Shown in pieces: positions 52,381 to 64,000 of a stretch of DNA of 64,000 bases (within the stretch, counting starts at the first letter, position 1; each line of letters begins with the position of its first letter). The translations under genes were made by a program, and so were the position numbers. The DNA is from Eledone cirrhosa (Eukaryota). Under the pieces are notes generated by a model. The model ran no database searches. It was not told the DNA's origin and was given only the letters and a program-made list of their open reading frames with translations. The stretch spans positions 140,988,001 to 141,052,000 of the forward strand of contig OZ024740.1 of assembly GCA_964016885.1 (NCBI GenBank). Reading direction: 5' to 3'.

Positions 52381-54961
52381 TCATGATTGAACAGATCAAA
52401 ATCATTTCAGTTGTGAGTAGAACCAACGTCTGGGTATTTAGCACCCTAGACTGGTTCTACAGCGTGCACTTCCTTCTCCCAGTCATTCACACCATTCTAC
52501 CAAATAAAATAATATCAATATACATTTTGGCAAGCTGACAAAACTAATTTTTTGACACTTCTTGCTTTAACCACACTAAGAAAATTACTAAGCCTGCATT
52601 TTCTACTATACAGTCCACCTTCACCCACGCCAAATCATGTTATACTTCACAAGACCATATAACTCTTTCCACTGCTTTGGATATTTCCACAACAGTTTTT
52701 CAGCAATGATGTTTAATAATTTGTTTATTGATTGCAGAAAATTGTTATATATTTATTTAATTATACGAATTAGTATAAAATTGTGGTCCTTTAAGATTCA
52801 GTAATGCTCCTCCCTGGAGTCTTTACCTTCGGCAGCTGCCTAGTCCAAGAAAATTATAACCCCAGCCCCAGTCGAGACAAACCTGTCATTTTATTTTCAC
52901 ACAGTATGTATCTGGGTCTAAACGACGACATTGTATGATTTGAGAAGGATATCAGGCTGTTGTTTTCTAGCAGATCGAGTAAGCACATAGAGGCTCCCTC
53001 GATATTTTTGTAGAGCAGTGTTGTCGTTGTAGCAGTGTTGTCGTTGCTATCAGTCCTGATCAAGCACACCTATGATCACAGTCTTTCCAGCTATACTCAT
53101 CTCCTCTTTTTATTATGTAGGACTATGTCTGCTTCAAGCATAACCTAAACAAGCTATAACTTAAGTCTTCACAATCACCAAGTGTTTAACTCAGGGCCTC
53201 AACACTTTTAGTTTAGGGTAGAGTTAGGGAATATTAGGCCTTTTGAAAGGTCCTAAATGATCGATTCACAGATGAAAAGCCAGTTTAAGCTAAGAACTTC
53301 AACATTGGAACCAAACAATGAAATACTTCCCTATAAGAAGCAATCACAAAAAAAAAAACCCTAATGGATTGGTTGATTTTTAAATATTTTTTAGATTTTA
53401 TTATAGTTCTTATAAATAATTGTATTTTGTAAAATAACTGAGGTTTAGCAAAACAATATTTGTTCAAGATGTTGCCTCATTGGATGTCAGTTAATTTCAA
53501 TGCGACCTTCCGGCAAAAAAGAATTCATTACTCCCGTTTTAGGGCCTCACCTCATCTAAATCCGGTGCAGCAATTTCAAATTACCTCTGTAGTTTCACTG
53601 TACCTCCCGGTAACTTGAAATCATGTTCAGATCTTTGAAAGGTGTCATGAAATCGATTTCAGATTACACCCAATGTTCAAAATATTAAATTCCAAAGAGC
53701 TCTTTTTATAGGCAACAATTAGAAGCTACTGTGCAGCGATATTTTGATGTGTGCGGCAATATTTCAAAGCTACTGCGCAGCAATATTTGGATGTGTGCGA
53801 CATTTAAAAACTACTGAACAACCACATTTCAAGGCTATTGCATGGCAATGTTTCAAATCTACTATGCAGCAACATTTTGATGTGTGTGGCACCAACCAGT
53901 GACTGCATGACTGCGCCCCCCCCCCCCCCCCGGCTCAAAAAGAATGTTGCTCCCAATCTAACCAGTAACACCAGCAAGTATTTCATCTCTCTTCAATGAA
54001 GGGTTCCGGCAGATATGTTAGACTTCTTTATCTTTTTTTTTTTTTCTCAGGGTATAAAATTTATTCCATGTTTAAATTTTATGATGAGATGCATTCAAGT
54101 TCAGTCTATTTTTCAGGAATAGTGTACCCCAGTGTTGCGTTTTCAGTTTACTCCTGCTTTACCTGACCTCTTAGTAACTTGAAATTGTGTTCAAATTGCC
54201 AGAAAGTAGGAGAATGAAATCGAATCCAAATGACTCTTAGGGGTAGCTTGAAGATAATTTTATAATACTCTGCTTAGTGCTACAGCAACCGATGAGTTGT
54301 AGTTTATTCTTGTCTTTACAATTTTCTCACCCTCCTCTGATCTAGGAGGTCTTGCAAAAATGTTTGTGAGCATTATCTTCCTTTGATTAAGCCATAATAA
54401 AGGTGGTTCAAGCCTGTTGACGAGTGAATCTAAGACTACATCAATTTCCTCAAAGGTTATGCAGAGTACAGTGAGATCATTTATATCAAAAAGAAGTTAC
54501 TTGCAATACGAGTTTCCCCTAATTGTTGATCACAACTGCTGTGATGAATCACAAGGTGAAACTTCAAATGCCACGTATTGATATAAAATAAATTACACAC
54601 ACACACATACATACATGCTGACCTTTGATAATATGTAATAAATGGCACAATACTAAAAAAAGTAAAAACAAAAACAAACTGCCATTAGAAAATCACCAGG
54701 ATATTGGTTAAAGAATTTCATTTTTTATTGCAGAGGTCTAATCACAATATATATAAAGAAATAATAGTACATTAAAACGTATATTACTTTTTTCTTATTC
54801 ACAAAAATAACCAAACTATCCAAAGCTAAAAATTCTATCCATCTATCCTTGAACCCTGAAATTTTGATGAATTTATATGGGTGCCATTGTGGCATACGGC
54901 GTGTCTTGTGTATTTTAAACCTAGCAGAGCTAATCATTTTCTCTCTCTGATCACAGCCGAT

Positions 54962-55021
<60 letters not shown>

Positions 55022-55278
55022 GGGAGATGGTGGAAGAATTGATCCTCAGTACTGGAATGATACTTATTTATCAACTCTCAACCTCGAAAAGATGAAAGAC
55101 AGAGTTGACCTCAGCGTGAGTTAAATTCATCTCAGGTGCAAAATGCAAGAATAAATACTGCAAAGTATTCCATCCAACACCCGAACGATTCTAACGCTTA
55201 GTTAAAAATTACTGTCTAATAAAGCTCCAGATCATCACTGAACATCTGGACTGGTTCTTACATGATTGTGCTCCCATG

Positions 55279-55486
55279 CAGTGCCGGATTTAGGACAAAT
55301 GAGGCTCTGTGCTAGTAATGAAGCCCATTTGAACGTTTGACATCTGAAAAACATTTGAAAAATTCATCGTAAAAAGTCTTTTTGGCAGGTAGATGTGTGC
55401 TTATGTGTGCTTAAGTACATGGCCAACTGGGCCATGTACTTAAGCACACATAAGCACACATAAGCACAATGGGAAATTCGGCACTG
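55279..55486. mobile_element. hAT MITE with internal perfect palindrome
   Basis: TIRs cagtgccggattt / aaattcggcactg, with an 8-bp TSD ctcccatg / ctcccata. Confidence 0.85.
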
Positions 55487-55849
55487 CTCCCATACTGTCA
55501 ACGTTCAATCTGCTCTCAATGATCATTGTTTACAACAGCCGTGAAGAAAGAAGAGAGTTTTGAACTACATAGAACAGCTGCTTATTGATTCAAAAAATAA
55601 ATAGTAGAGAACTGGGGAAACTTACCTTCAGGGCCGGCACCTGGTGTTTAGTGCTCTGGGTTAGCCCTACAAAGTGTACCAACATTTTCCAGATAAATAA
55701 ATTTCAACTTGTAGTTTGGCAAACTGACAAACCTAGGTTTTGACATTCTTGCTCTGAGTACACTAAGAAAATTACTAAGCCTGCAATTTCCAACTGTCTA
55801 TAATCCCCTTCGCTAAATCGTGTGACAGGTTATAACACCATACGTCCTT

Positions 55850-57475
55850 CATTCGTTAACAACAACAACAGAACCATTTTATGGGGGGCGGGGGTGCTAA
55901 ATATACATTGCATTCGTATATATACCCATTTTAGACATTATATTAACATCTTTACACAGGGAAGAATGTCGACCATACTTAAATATGGAATGATACGCGA
56001 TGACCACCACCCCTCCACACACAGCCCCGGCGGTCAGAATGGAGAAGGTGTTTCCCCGGAGGACGGTAAGGAAGACGCGCTGAAAAAGCCACTCCAACGC
56101 GCAGGGCTCACACCTGCGGCTGGCCAGCTCAGCGCCTATGGTGGTGAGTAGGGAGGTAGCTCTAGGGCCGAGGACACCAGAAGTCTCCACTGCCAGGGGT
56201 ACGACCGCAAACCTGTCGGAGAGCGACCGGTATTTGGAGAGTTTAGCCTCCTCAGCCTGACATGCAGCAGAACTCGGGTTAGTCGCAGACTGCATCAGGT
56301 TGCGACTGCAGAAAGTGTCGGTGCAAGTGGCATCCCAGACGAGGGGTTCGCCACTTGCACCATCTGGCCTTTTGCCGTCCCCTCGGTCCAGCCCCACCGG
56401 TTCGAGCTGGGAGGGAAGCTTGCAGCGTCCAAGCCATACTTTATGACCTCGTTGAGGGCAGCATGGCGTGGAAGGCGGTGACAGGAAAGCGGGTGGAGGC
56501 CGAAAGAGTCCACGGTGGATCCGCAGCGACATTGGTGTGGCTCGCAGATCCGGAGGATGAGCCTCAGGGAAACGCCGATTCGCAGGCTATGGTTGTCTAG
56601 CTGCGTGCCAGTGGAGAAGGAGGGCAGGGCATGGAGCCAGGTACCACTGTGGGGTTTGGAGGCCGCACGAAAACAAGCAAGGCAGTGCTGGTCGAGCTGG
56701 CGCGTGAGCCTGTCTGAGGCCAGGCTGCACTGGATGGCATCTCAGGTGCTTTGGGGGGAACTTGACGTCAACAGCAAGAGAAGGAGGAGGGACGTCTACT
56801 GGGCTAAGTCCCAGCCGGTCCCACGTCTCACAGGCGGCCTCACGTTCTCTGAACATAGAGGATTGTATTGTGTTTAGAAGAACCTTGCTGACGAGGACGC
56901 GGCACGAGGTTACCGACGAAAGATACGCCGGCAAAGCCAGTGAGGCCGCCATACCTGACAGGTAAAGTGGCCTGTTGCCATCCAATGTCGTCAAACTTGA
57001 CGTTGCATATCTCCTCGGCTACTGCTCGGAAACAAGTATCGAGGTTAGCGAGGAGAGAAGTGAGGGTGTAGCACGGAGTGCTGCGAAGGGTATAGAGGAG
57101 CTTCGGCATGGCGAAGCAGTTCCTCAACAGAAAGAGGGCTGGGTGGCCGTCGATCAAGCCCAGTCAGCTCGTGAGGGTCTGAAGTTGTTGAAGCATGGAT
57201 CTGATGGTGGAGCGGATGGCCGGCGAGTGGATCGGTGACCCGAGGATGAGGACATCCCCTTTGGGGGTCACCTGTACCTGGTAGAGAATGGACCGCATGT
57301 CCGAGATGGAGGCTGCAAAGATCTCAGCATCATGGCTGACATTCACCACCTCCGACTTGGCCGAGTTGACCTTGAGGCCGATTCCCGCCAGGGCAGGAAC
57401 CACCGATTGAGGGTCATGGCAGACTGTCTGTACGGGCCCGCCCAACGTAGCATCATGCAGATACCAAATATTGAG
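55850..57475 (-). mobile_element. CRE-like RLE non-LTR retrotransposon, 5'-truncated and frameshifted
   Basis: RT motif NIWYLHDATLGG (decayed YLDD), GLKVNSAKSE, ILGSPI and QATLPVRYGGL; Cys/His finger (GLHPLSC...RHAALN); RLE nuclease KRPDG..LVWDATCTDT..EEAKLSKY. Confidence 0.9.
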
Positions 57476-58324
57476 ATATTTCCACAACGCTGTTTATTTT
57501 TTGATCGCAGGAAATTATCATATATTTTATTTAAATGTATAAATTTATATAAATCTCTGACCATTTAAAATTCAGTAATGCACATTTCTGAGGTACGTGT
57601 CTTAGACGACTGTCTAGTTAGCTTTACTGGTAGCACAGAACTTTCTTATCTTGAAAGTAACCTCCATACAATCCAAAATCAATAAATTCTTACCGAGTAC
57701 TTTTTGCACAATAACAAAAAAGCACCAAATGACATATGTAGGCCATGACATTTTTTCTGGCTTTTTCTCACCGAAGGGCTTCACAGGTAGGCTATGCAAA
57801 ATGTCAATTGAAGACATTGTTCACGTAACATTTTTATTAGAAAAGGGTTTTATCGAGATACTATCTCCCTGCATTCTAAATTCAAATCTTGCTGTGACCT
57901 AGTTGGATGATAGATTTAATCTGTCACCTGTTTTAATTCTTTCATTACCATATTTCTAATGAAATACACATTATTTCAATTAATTATCGAAGAATTTTGC
58001 GGGATTTAAAAAAAAATAATTATCAATTATTTTATTACTGCAATAATAACTTAATATATGGTTCTTATATAAAATTATATTGGAAATTTTAAATTTAATT
58101 TTAAATTTAATTTGGAATGATTTAAAATGACTGGTTTTATTTCATAGAAGCATAGCTAGTTTTGGCCGAGTTGGTATTAAAAAGGTTTTCACCACCCTTT
58201 GGTATCCTTAGTTTCCAATGAGAATATCTTCCTCGCCTTCTTCCCCCCTAGTCTCAAGGGGTGGGTGGGGTGGCTGAAAACGGTTATGGGCATTGCCATT
58301 CTCCCCCACCCCTTGATTAAACAA

Positions 58325-58545
58325 TGGTTTCTAATTTTTGTTCCAAGCCAGGAAATCTAATGGAAAGGAAACCTCGATTAAATTGACCCTGGTAATTGAA
58401 CCAGTACTTTATTTTATCGATCCCCAAAAGGGTGAAGGATAAATTTGACCTCGATGGATTTTGAACTCAGAACGTAGAAATTCGTAACTAAATACTGCAA
58501 AGCATTTTGTCCGACGCTCTACTGATACTGCCAATCTACCGCCCA
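58325..58545 (-). mobile_element. Meta-domain-like tRNA SINE
   Basis: ccagtactttattttatcga...ttgaactcagaacgta...gatactgccaatctaccgcc. Confidence 0.75.
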
Positions 58546-58837
58546 ACCCTTGACTAAACAAGTATTAAAAAATGCTGCAATGTAGTAAACGGAGCTATCC
58601 AGAATGAAATAGAGGATAAAACGTTGACAATAACAAAGACACTGAGATCAACGACTGAAGAAAATGTTGGTGAAACCGAAATCTAAAATAAACAACCAAA
58701 TTCAGTCACGACTAATCTGATATAGTTATTTGGAACTATTAAATAAAAGCATGTTTTGTTGTAGAAGTTAACTAGTTGCCTAGTTCAAATCAATATGGTA
58801 AAAAACAGTGTCGGAGAAATACATCTCTCTCTCTCTC

Positions 58838-59024
58838 TCATACATACATGGTGGCTGCCAACTCGTTTTCGAGTACGGCCACTACTTTATATCCATGTAG
58901 GAGAACCCCTACCGATGCGCTGAACAAGTGTGACTTTTTAGTCCAGCCAGCGACTTGAAAACTCTGGTACAAACACTACACTTGTGACAGTTATTGACAC
59001 ATAGTGCTGGGCCCATGGTACCAT
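58838..59024 (-). mobile_element. RTE-like LINE 3' end (same family as 27070-27260)
   Basis: Reverse complement of 27070-27255. Encodes CSVCTRVFKSLAGLKSHTCSAHR* and has a (TATG)n tail. Confidence 0.8.
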
Positions 59025-59039
59025 ACATACATACATACA

Positions 59040-59690
59040 ATGTGGAAGACATCCATGTATATAATATGAAAGAGTACTGGTGGAATGTTCCAGTAAAAAC
59101 CCGAATAAAATGCAGGCATAACAGACCAGATATTATTATATGGGACAGGGAGAAGAAAACATGCACAGTAGTGGAAATTAGCTGCCCAGCAGATGCCAAT
59201 ATAATATCAAAGATTAGTGAAAAGGAAAATATTTATGCAGAACTGACGAGAAATCTGCAGATACTCCACCCTGATTACACCTTCAGATTTATGCCTGTGA
59301 TTATTGGGGCACTGGGATATGTTAGTAACTGCCTCAATACAAATCTTGAGAAGCTAGGCTTCACAGGAACAGAAAGAACACAACTAGTTAGGAAACTACA
59401 AGTACAATCCATTAATGGAACAGTAAAAATATGTAAAACATTCCAAAAATTTTGCATCTAATAACTGCATATACATATGTACAGATACAAAGCATATACA
59501 CATGCACACATACAACTCAAAACATCCACATCCACACATACAATAACATCCATATCTACACATGCATGCATACATACATATCTATCTAGTTGATGTGTAA
59601 ATTCCACTGAGCGAGTCTTGTGTCTATGTTAAAAACCGACTCTCTCTCTCTATTGGTAAAACTTTGTGAAATTATAAAACCAGAAGAACA
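59040..59690 (+). mobile_element. R4/Dong-like non-LTR retrotransposon 3' end (RLE endonuclease)
   Basis: An uninterrupted frame YWWNVPV...HNRPDIIIWDREKKTCTVVEISCP..NI...EKENIY..L...PVIIGALG runs to a stop at 59461, then a 3' UTR. Flanked by (CATA)n on both sides. Confidence 0.85.
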
Positions 59691-59722
59691 TATATACATA
59701 CATACATACATACATACATACA

Positions 59723-59758
<36 letters not shown>

Positions 59759-60282
59759 TCAGTCCAGAATTAGCCGTCGAAACGGCTTGAGCTCAGCCGT
59801 CGGGGTCTTACTTGTTCCTATTACCCACTCTACTACCCTAAGTATTGAGTACTTTGGTGCGTTATGGTCCACCTGGTTCCTTACCACATTTCCTTCGTTA
59901 TATATATATATATAGTGTACATGTTATGGCTTAATTGCTATAAGTTATAGACAGCGTTTTGGCTTGTGTCAAACATTGTAACCTCGGGTGGACCAGCAGT
60001 GCCGTAGGGGTCGAAACTGTTAAAGTCCATCTCAAAGGCTGAAGACTCTGGAATTCTGTGTCTTTCGTTTGTATTTTTATTTACAAAGTGTAATTTTTTA
60101 AAATTTTCCCTTAAAAAAAATGTTTCTCATTTTGCCTTGTTTTCGTTCGTTGTCTTGTCTTCTCTTTGTTAACTTTCTTAAATTTATTATTATTATTATT
60201 AATAATACATATATGCATGCGAGAGAGAGAGAGATCATTTTTTTACTTACTAATAAATTGTTATAGTTCAAGCTTGATCCGT

Positions 60283-60800
60283 TCATTTAAAAATGAAATC
60301 CATTCTTCTTGTTTTACTTTGAGCGAAAAGGTCAATAATTTTCTCCTTAATCTCTGGATGACTACTGAGGAAATTTTTCTCCATTGAAAGCATTGCAAGT
60401 GCATTTAGTTTTTCAGGATTCATAGTGCTCCTTAGAAAGGTTTTTATTTTCATGAAGTCATGGGAATTGTCGAGAGGATTTTTTATTAGTTTGTTTCGCA
60501 ATTTCACTAAGAACACAATCTAGATTAGTTTCTAAGATAAATTTCAGCAGCTCGATTAATTTGCAATATTCATGTATATCGGATCTACAATAGAATACTT
60601 TTAGTTCAGTTTCAAGCTTTTCTTTGTCAGTCATGGGATATGCTTCAGTGGTCAGTATTGTCTTTTCTGTAGGCTGTTCATTCTTAAAACTAGTGAAGCT
60701 TTTCTTCTTGAACAATTTAGCAGCTACCAAGTACTTAATGGAAGAATATCTGTCCAATATATCAACACATATCGTCACGATAGCTAATAAGCTTGAAACT
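60283..60800 (-). mobile_element. hAT transposase C-terminal (dimerisation domain) remnant
   Basis: IKTFLRSTMNPEKLNALAMLSMEK...IIDLFAQSKTRR matches the hATC C-terminal signature; the frame is broken. Confidence 0.8.
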
Positions 60801-61091
60801 AGTACATCATTCCTGTGTCAGTGTTGAACAAAAAGGTGACGTGGTTGCCTAAACACTGTACGGCGTAATTCGGGCTGTTTGTTTGTTTACAAACAAACCG
60901 AGCATTATAATAAATGTTCGGTAAACCGATACGTGCATATATATGTGTGCATGTATGTATATATATACATACTACTGTATGTCTGTATACATATATATAT
61001 ATATATATATGTATGTATACATACATACTTACATTTAAGTAACTGCCGTACTAAGAGTGAGAAATGAAATTTCGTTTCATTCTATTCCATT

Positions 61092-61166
<75 letters not shown>

Positions 61167-63720
61167 GTGCAGAGAAACGTTGACAAAGAACGGGATAGAT
61201 AGATAGATAGCCAGAAGAATGGATGGATAAACGGATCTACAAACGGACCACCCATGATACAGTGCATGTATCTATGGCCAAAGCAAATCTTAATATACAG
61301 ATGTCAGTATGCTCTCATCCTTCCGCCATTTTCCAGACACTACTACATAAATACTGCAAACCTATTTAAATCAGCTAGAAATCTGTCTCCACAACAACAG
61401 GCAGCACCTACTAATTCAACTACCTCCCTCTGTTACTAGCAAGTCAAAAAACATCAAATGCTAGTATTAACCATCACAATCAACAGCATAAATTTACCAT
61501 ATGCACAGAAGGCAAAAATACGAAAAGTAACACATAACCAGAACCGGCACCTGGATATTTAGGGTTCTAGGCTAGCCCTACGATGTGTGCGCCTATTCTC
61601 TCGAATAAATAATTTCAACTTACAGTTAGATAAGCTAACCAACTTACTTTGGAAATTACTAAGCCTGTATTTTCCATCACGCAGTCCACACTCACCCACG
61701 TCAAATTATGTGACTGCCCATAAGAACATCTGGCCCTCTCCACTGCTTTGGATATTTCCACAACACTGCTACGTCGCAATGATGTTTACCGATATATCTA
61801 TTGGTTGCAGAAAAATATCATATTTACATTTAATTATACGAAATAGTTCGCCTAAATTATAACGCCAGGCCCTGCCATAACCATCCTGTCATTATATTTT
61901 CACACACAGTATATCTAGGTCTAAAGGACGACACGGTATATTTTGAGAGGGATTTTCAGAAAATTATTTTATATTTACTCAATTTTTTATTTTTTTATTT
62001 GTAGAAAACTGTAATCATTTAAGGTTCAGTCAGTAATGCGCCTCTCTGATGTCTGCACTATAGGCGGCTGCATAGTTCAGTTTAATGGGTAGGTCCTCTC
62101 CACAAACGTCTTCTTTGTAGGTGTTGTTATTGGTATTGTTGTTGTTAGTGTTGTTTAGTTGCGTTGGTTAGCCCTGATTAAGCAAACCTTTGTTCAACAG
62201 CTTTCCAGTCCTGCCTTTCCTGTCATATTTTCAAACAATATATGTATATACTTTAATGGGGTTGCATATGAAGGTATATAGATATGCTTATGCTGTAAAC
62301 TGAAATTATTTTATTTGGGAGAAGAGGTTCACGTTTTAGAGCTAGCTTAGGGCGCTAAATACCCAGGCGCCGGTTCTGGTTAAAGACATTCTAGCCGTGA
62401 CCATTCCGTCATATTTTCAAACATAATATATTTTATTCATAGTATCTTTCCTTTTCAAAATGGTAGGCTGTGAAGTTTGAAGAGGTTTTGGCAGCTGTTT
62501 CTAGCAGATAGAGTGACCATGTAGTGGAGCACTTGTCTTAGCAGATGTAAGCACTTATCAGTGTCCATTTACGGGAATCTTCTTTGTGTTTCCATCAGTC
62601 GGGCAATAGATTTGCTTGAGTAACCAATCGAGTGTTTCCAATTTTAGAAGCAAGAATTTGTTCCAAATACCAATATTCCGTTAAAGTGGTTGGTTTAATA
62701 CACTGGACGAAGAATGTTTACAACTGACATATTTTTCTCATTTCATTGTATCAACAGTTGAATTGATTTAACTTCTAAGTCTTATTGCATTATACGCAGA
62801 GCCGGATTTAGACCATGGGGGATCTGAAACTCTTCAGGTTTTGGGGCCCCTCGTACGCAAAAAAATTAGAATAACACAGAAATACCCCAATTTTACATAT
62901 CAAAGTTGGTTTGGCACAAGTAATTGGAATTGAAAAATTATATATACAGGTATTAAATTTAAAAAATGTAACCATCCTCATTTTTCGTCCACCTCATCTT
63001 GCATTACATATTTGGCGGAGCGTTATGAATATCCTTAAAATATCCTATACAGGAAGAAAGTTGGTATATTGAATAAAAATATGCGTAAATATTTAGTAGA
63101 AATCTTAATTCTGTACTATCGTTCCAATCTCTGTAATAATACATAATCATTTATTGAATGGTTCTAGAACATCTCTAACAAAGAAAGCTGCTACTTCTAA
63201 TTTAATATGAAAGACTATTACGTGGCCATTTCCAAACAAAGACTCTTTAAACTTCTAGAAGGTCCTTCGATATAATGCATGCAGTTAAACAGAGCTGATG
63301 CATGTGTATTTAGTGAGCTAAGCTAACTCTACAATATGTGCCCCTTTCTCCTAAATAAAATAACGTAACAAACTTACAATTCCTTAAACTTAGATTTTGA
63401 CACTTCTTGCTCTAAACACTCAGAAAATTACTAAGCCTGTGTTGTCTACTACACAGTTCATACTTACCCATACCAAATTATGTGACAAGTTATAACACCA
63501 CACGGCTCTCTTCACCCTTTTTAATATTTCCGCAATGCTGCTACACGGCAATAATCTTTAGTGATATATTTATTGATTGCAAACTGTGCTAATTTAAGGT
63601 TCAATAATACGCCTCTCTTAGGTTTATGTTCTAAGCGACTACCTTAATGGTAGTTCCGCCATGGGGTTAAAATACTTATAGGTTATCTTGTTGCTTGCCA
63701 CTGGAGATTTAAATATTGAT

Positions 63721-63896
63721 CAGTGCCGGATTTAAGACAAATGAGGCCCTGTGCTAGTTAAGTTATGAGGCTTCTTACTTGGGCCCTGAAGGAGGTAATT
63801 CATTGTAAAAAAAATGTTTGGCAGGAAGATGGAGTCCCCTGGCCAACAGGGCTGTGTGCTTAAGCACACCTAAGCACAATGGTAAATCCGACATTG
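63721..63896. mobile_element. hAT MITE (sister copy of 55279-55486)
   Basis: TIRs cagtgccggattt / aaatccgacattg, with an 8-bp TSD atattgat / ctattgat. Confidence 0.85.
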
Positions 63897-64000
63897 CTAT
63901 TGATACTTAGCGAAGGGGGTAGATATCGTACAGACGTATAGAGTTTGTCACTATAATACAGTGATACGGATGTCTCATTTATGAAACGGCTATCATCTCA

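Noticed and set aside
60008-60055. GAAAC...GTC followed by CTGAAGA (type II hammerhead order)
   Set aside because: Stems I and II do not pair in the canonical register.

Overview
This is AT-rich, repeat-dense animal DNA. The SINE families, very long (TA)n/(CATA)n microsatellites and a protostome-type FBXL16 suggest an octopus or other coleoid cephalopod (inference). The only credible host gene is a large minus-strand coding exon of F-box/LRR protein 16 (ATG 10512 to splice donor after 9320), inside an almost transposon-free 8.6-16.4 kb zone. The rest is mostly mobile-element remnants: tRNA-derived SINEs, hAT MITEs with 8-bp TSDs, a Tc1/mariner, Penelope fragments, CRE-like and R4/Dong-like non-LTR elements, RTE derivatives and a hAT transposase piece. 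Two unusual things stand out. (1) About ten hammerhead-ribozyme motifs cluster between 17 and 32 kb, including U3:A8 core variants, a core-insertion variant and forms with a 60-75 nt stem II, several inside short non-coding inverted or direct repeat units. (2) A ~16.3 kb G/T-rich 42-bp minisatellite (33.9-50.3 kb) has higher-order duplications and is stop-free in five of six frames. Most other ORFs in the track are microsatellite artefacts.
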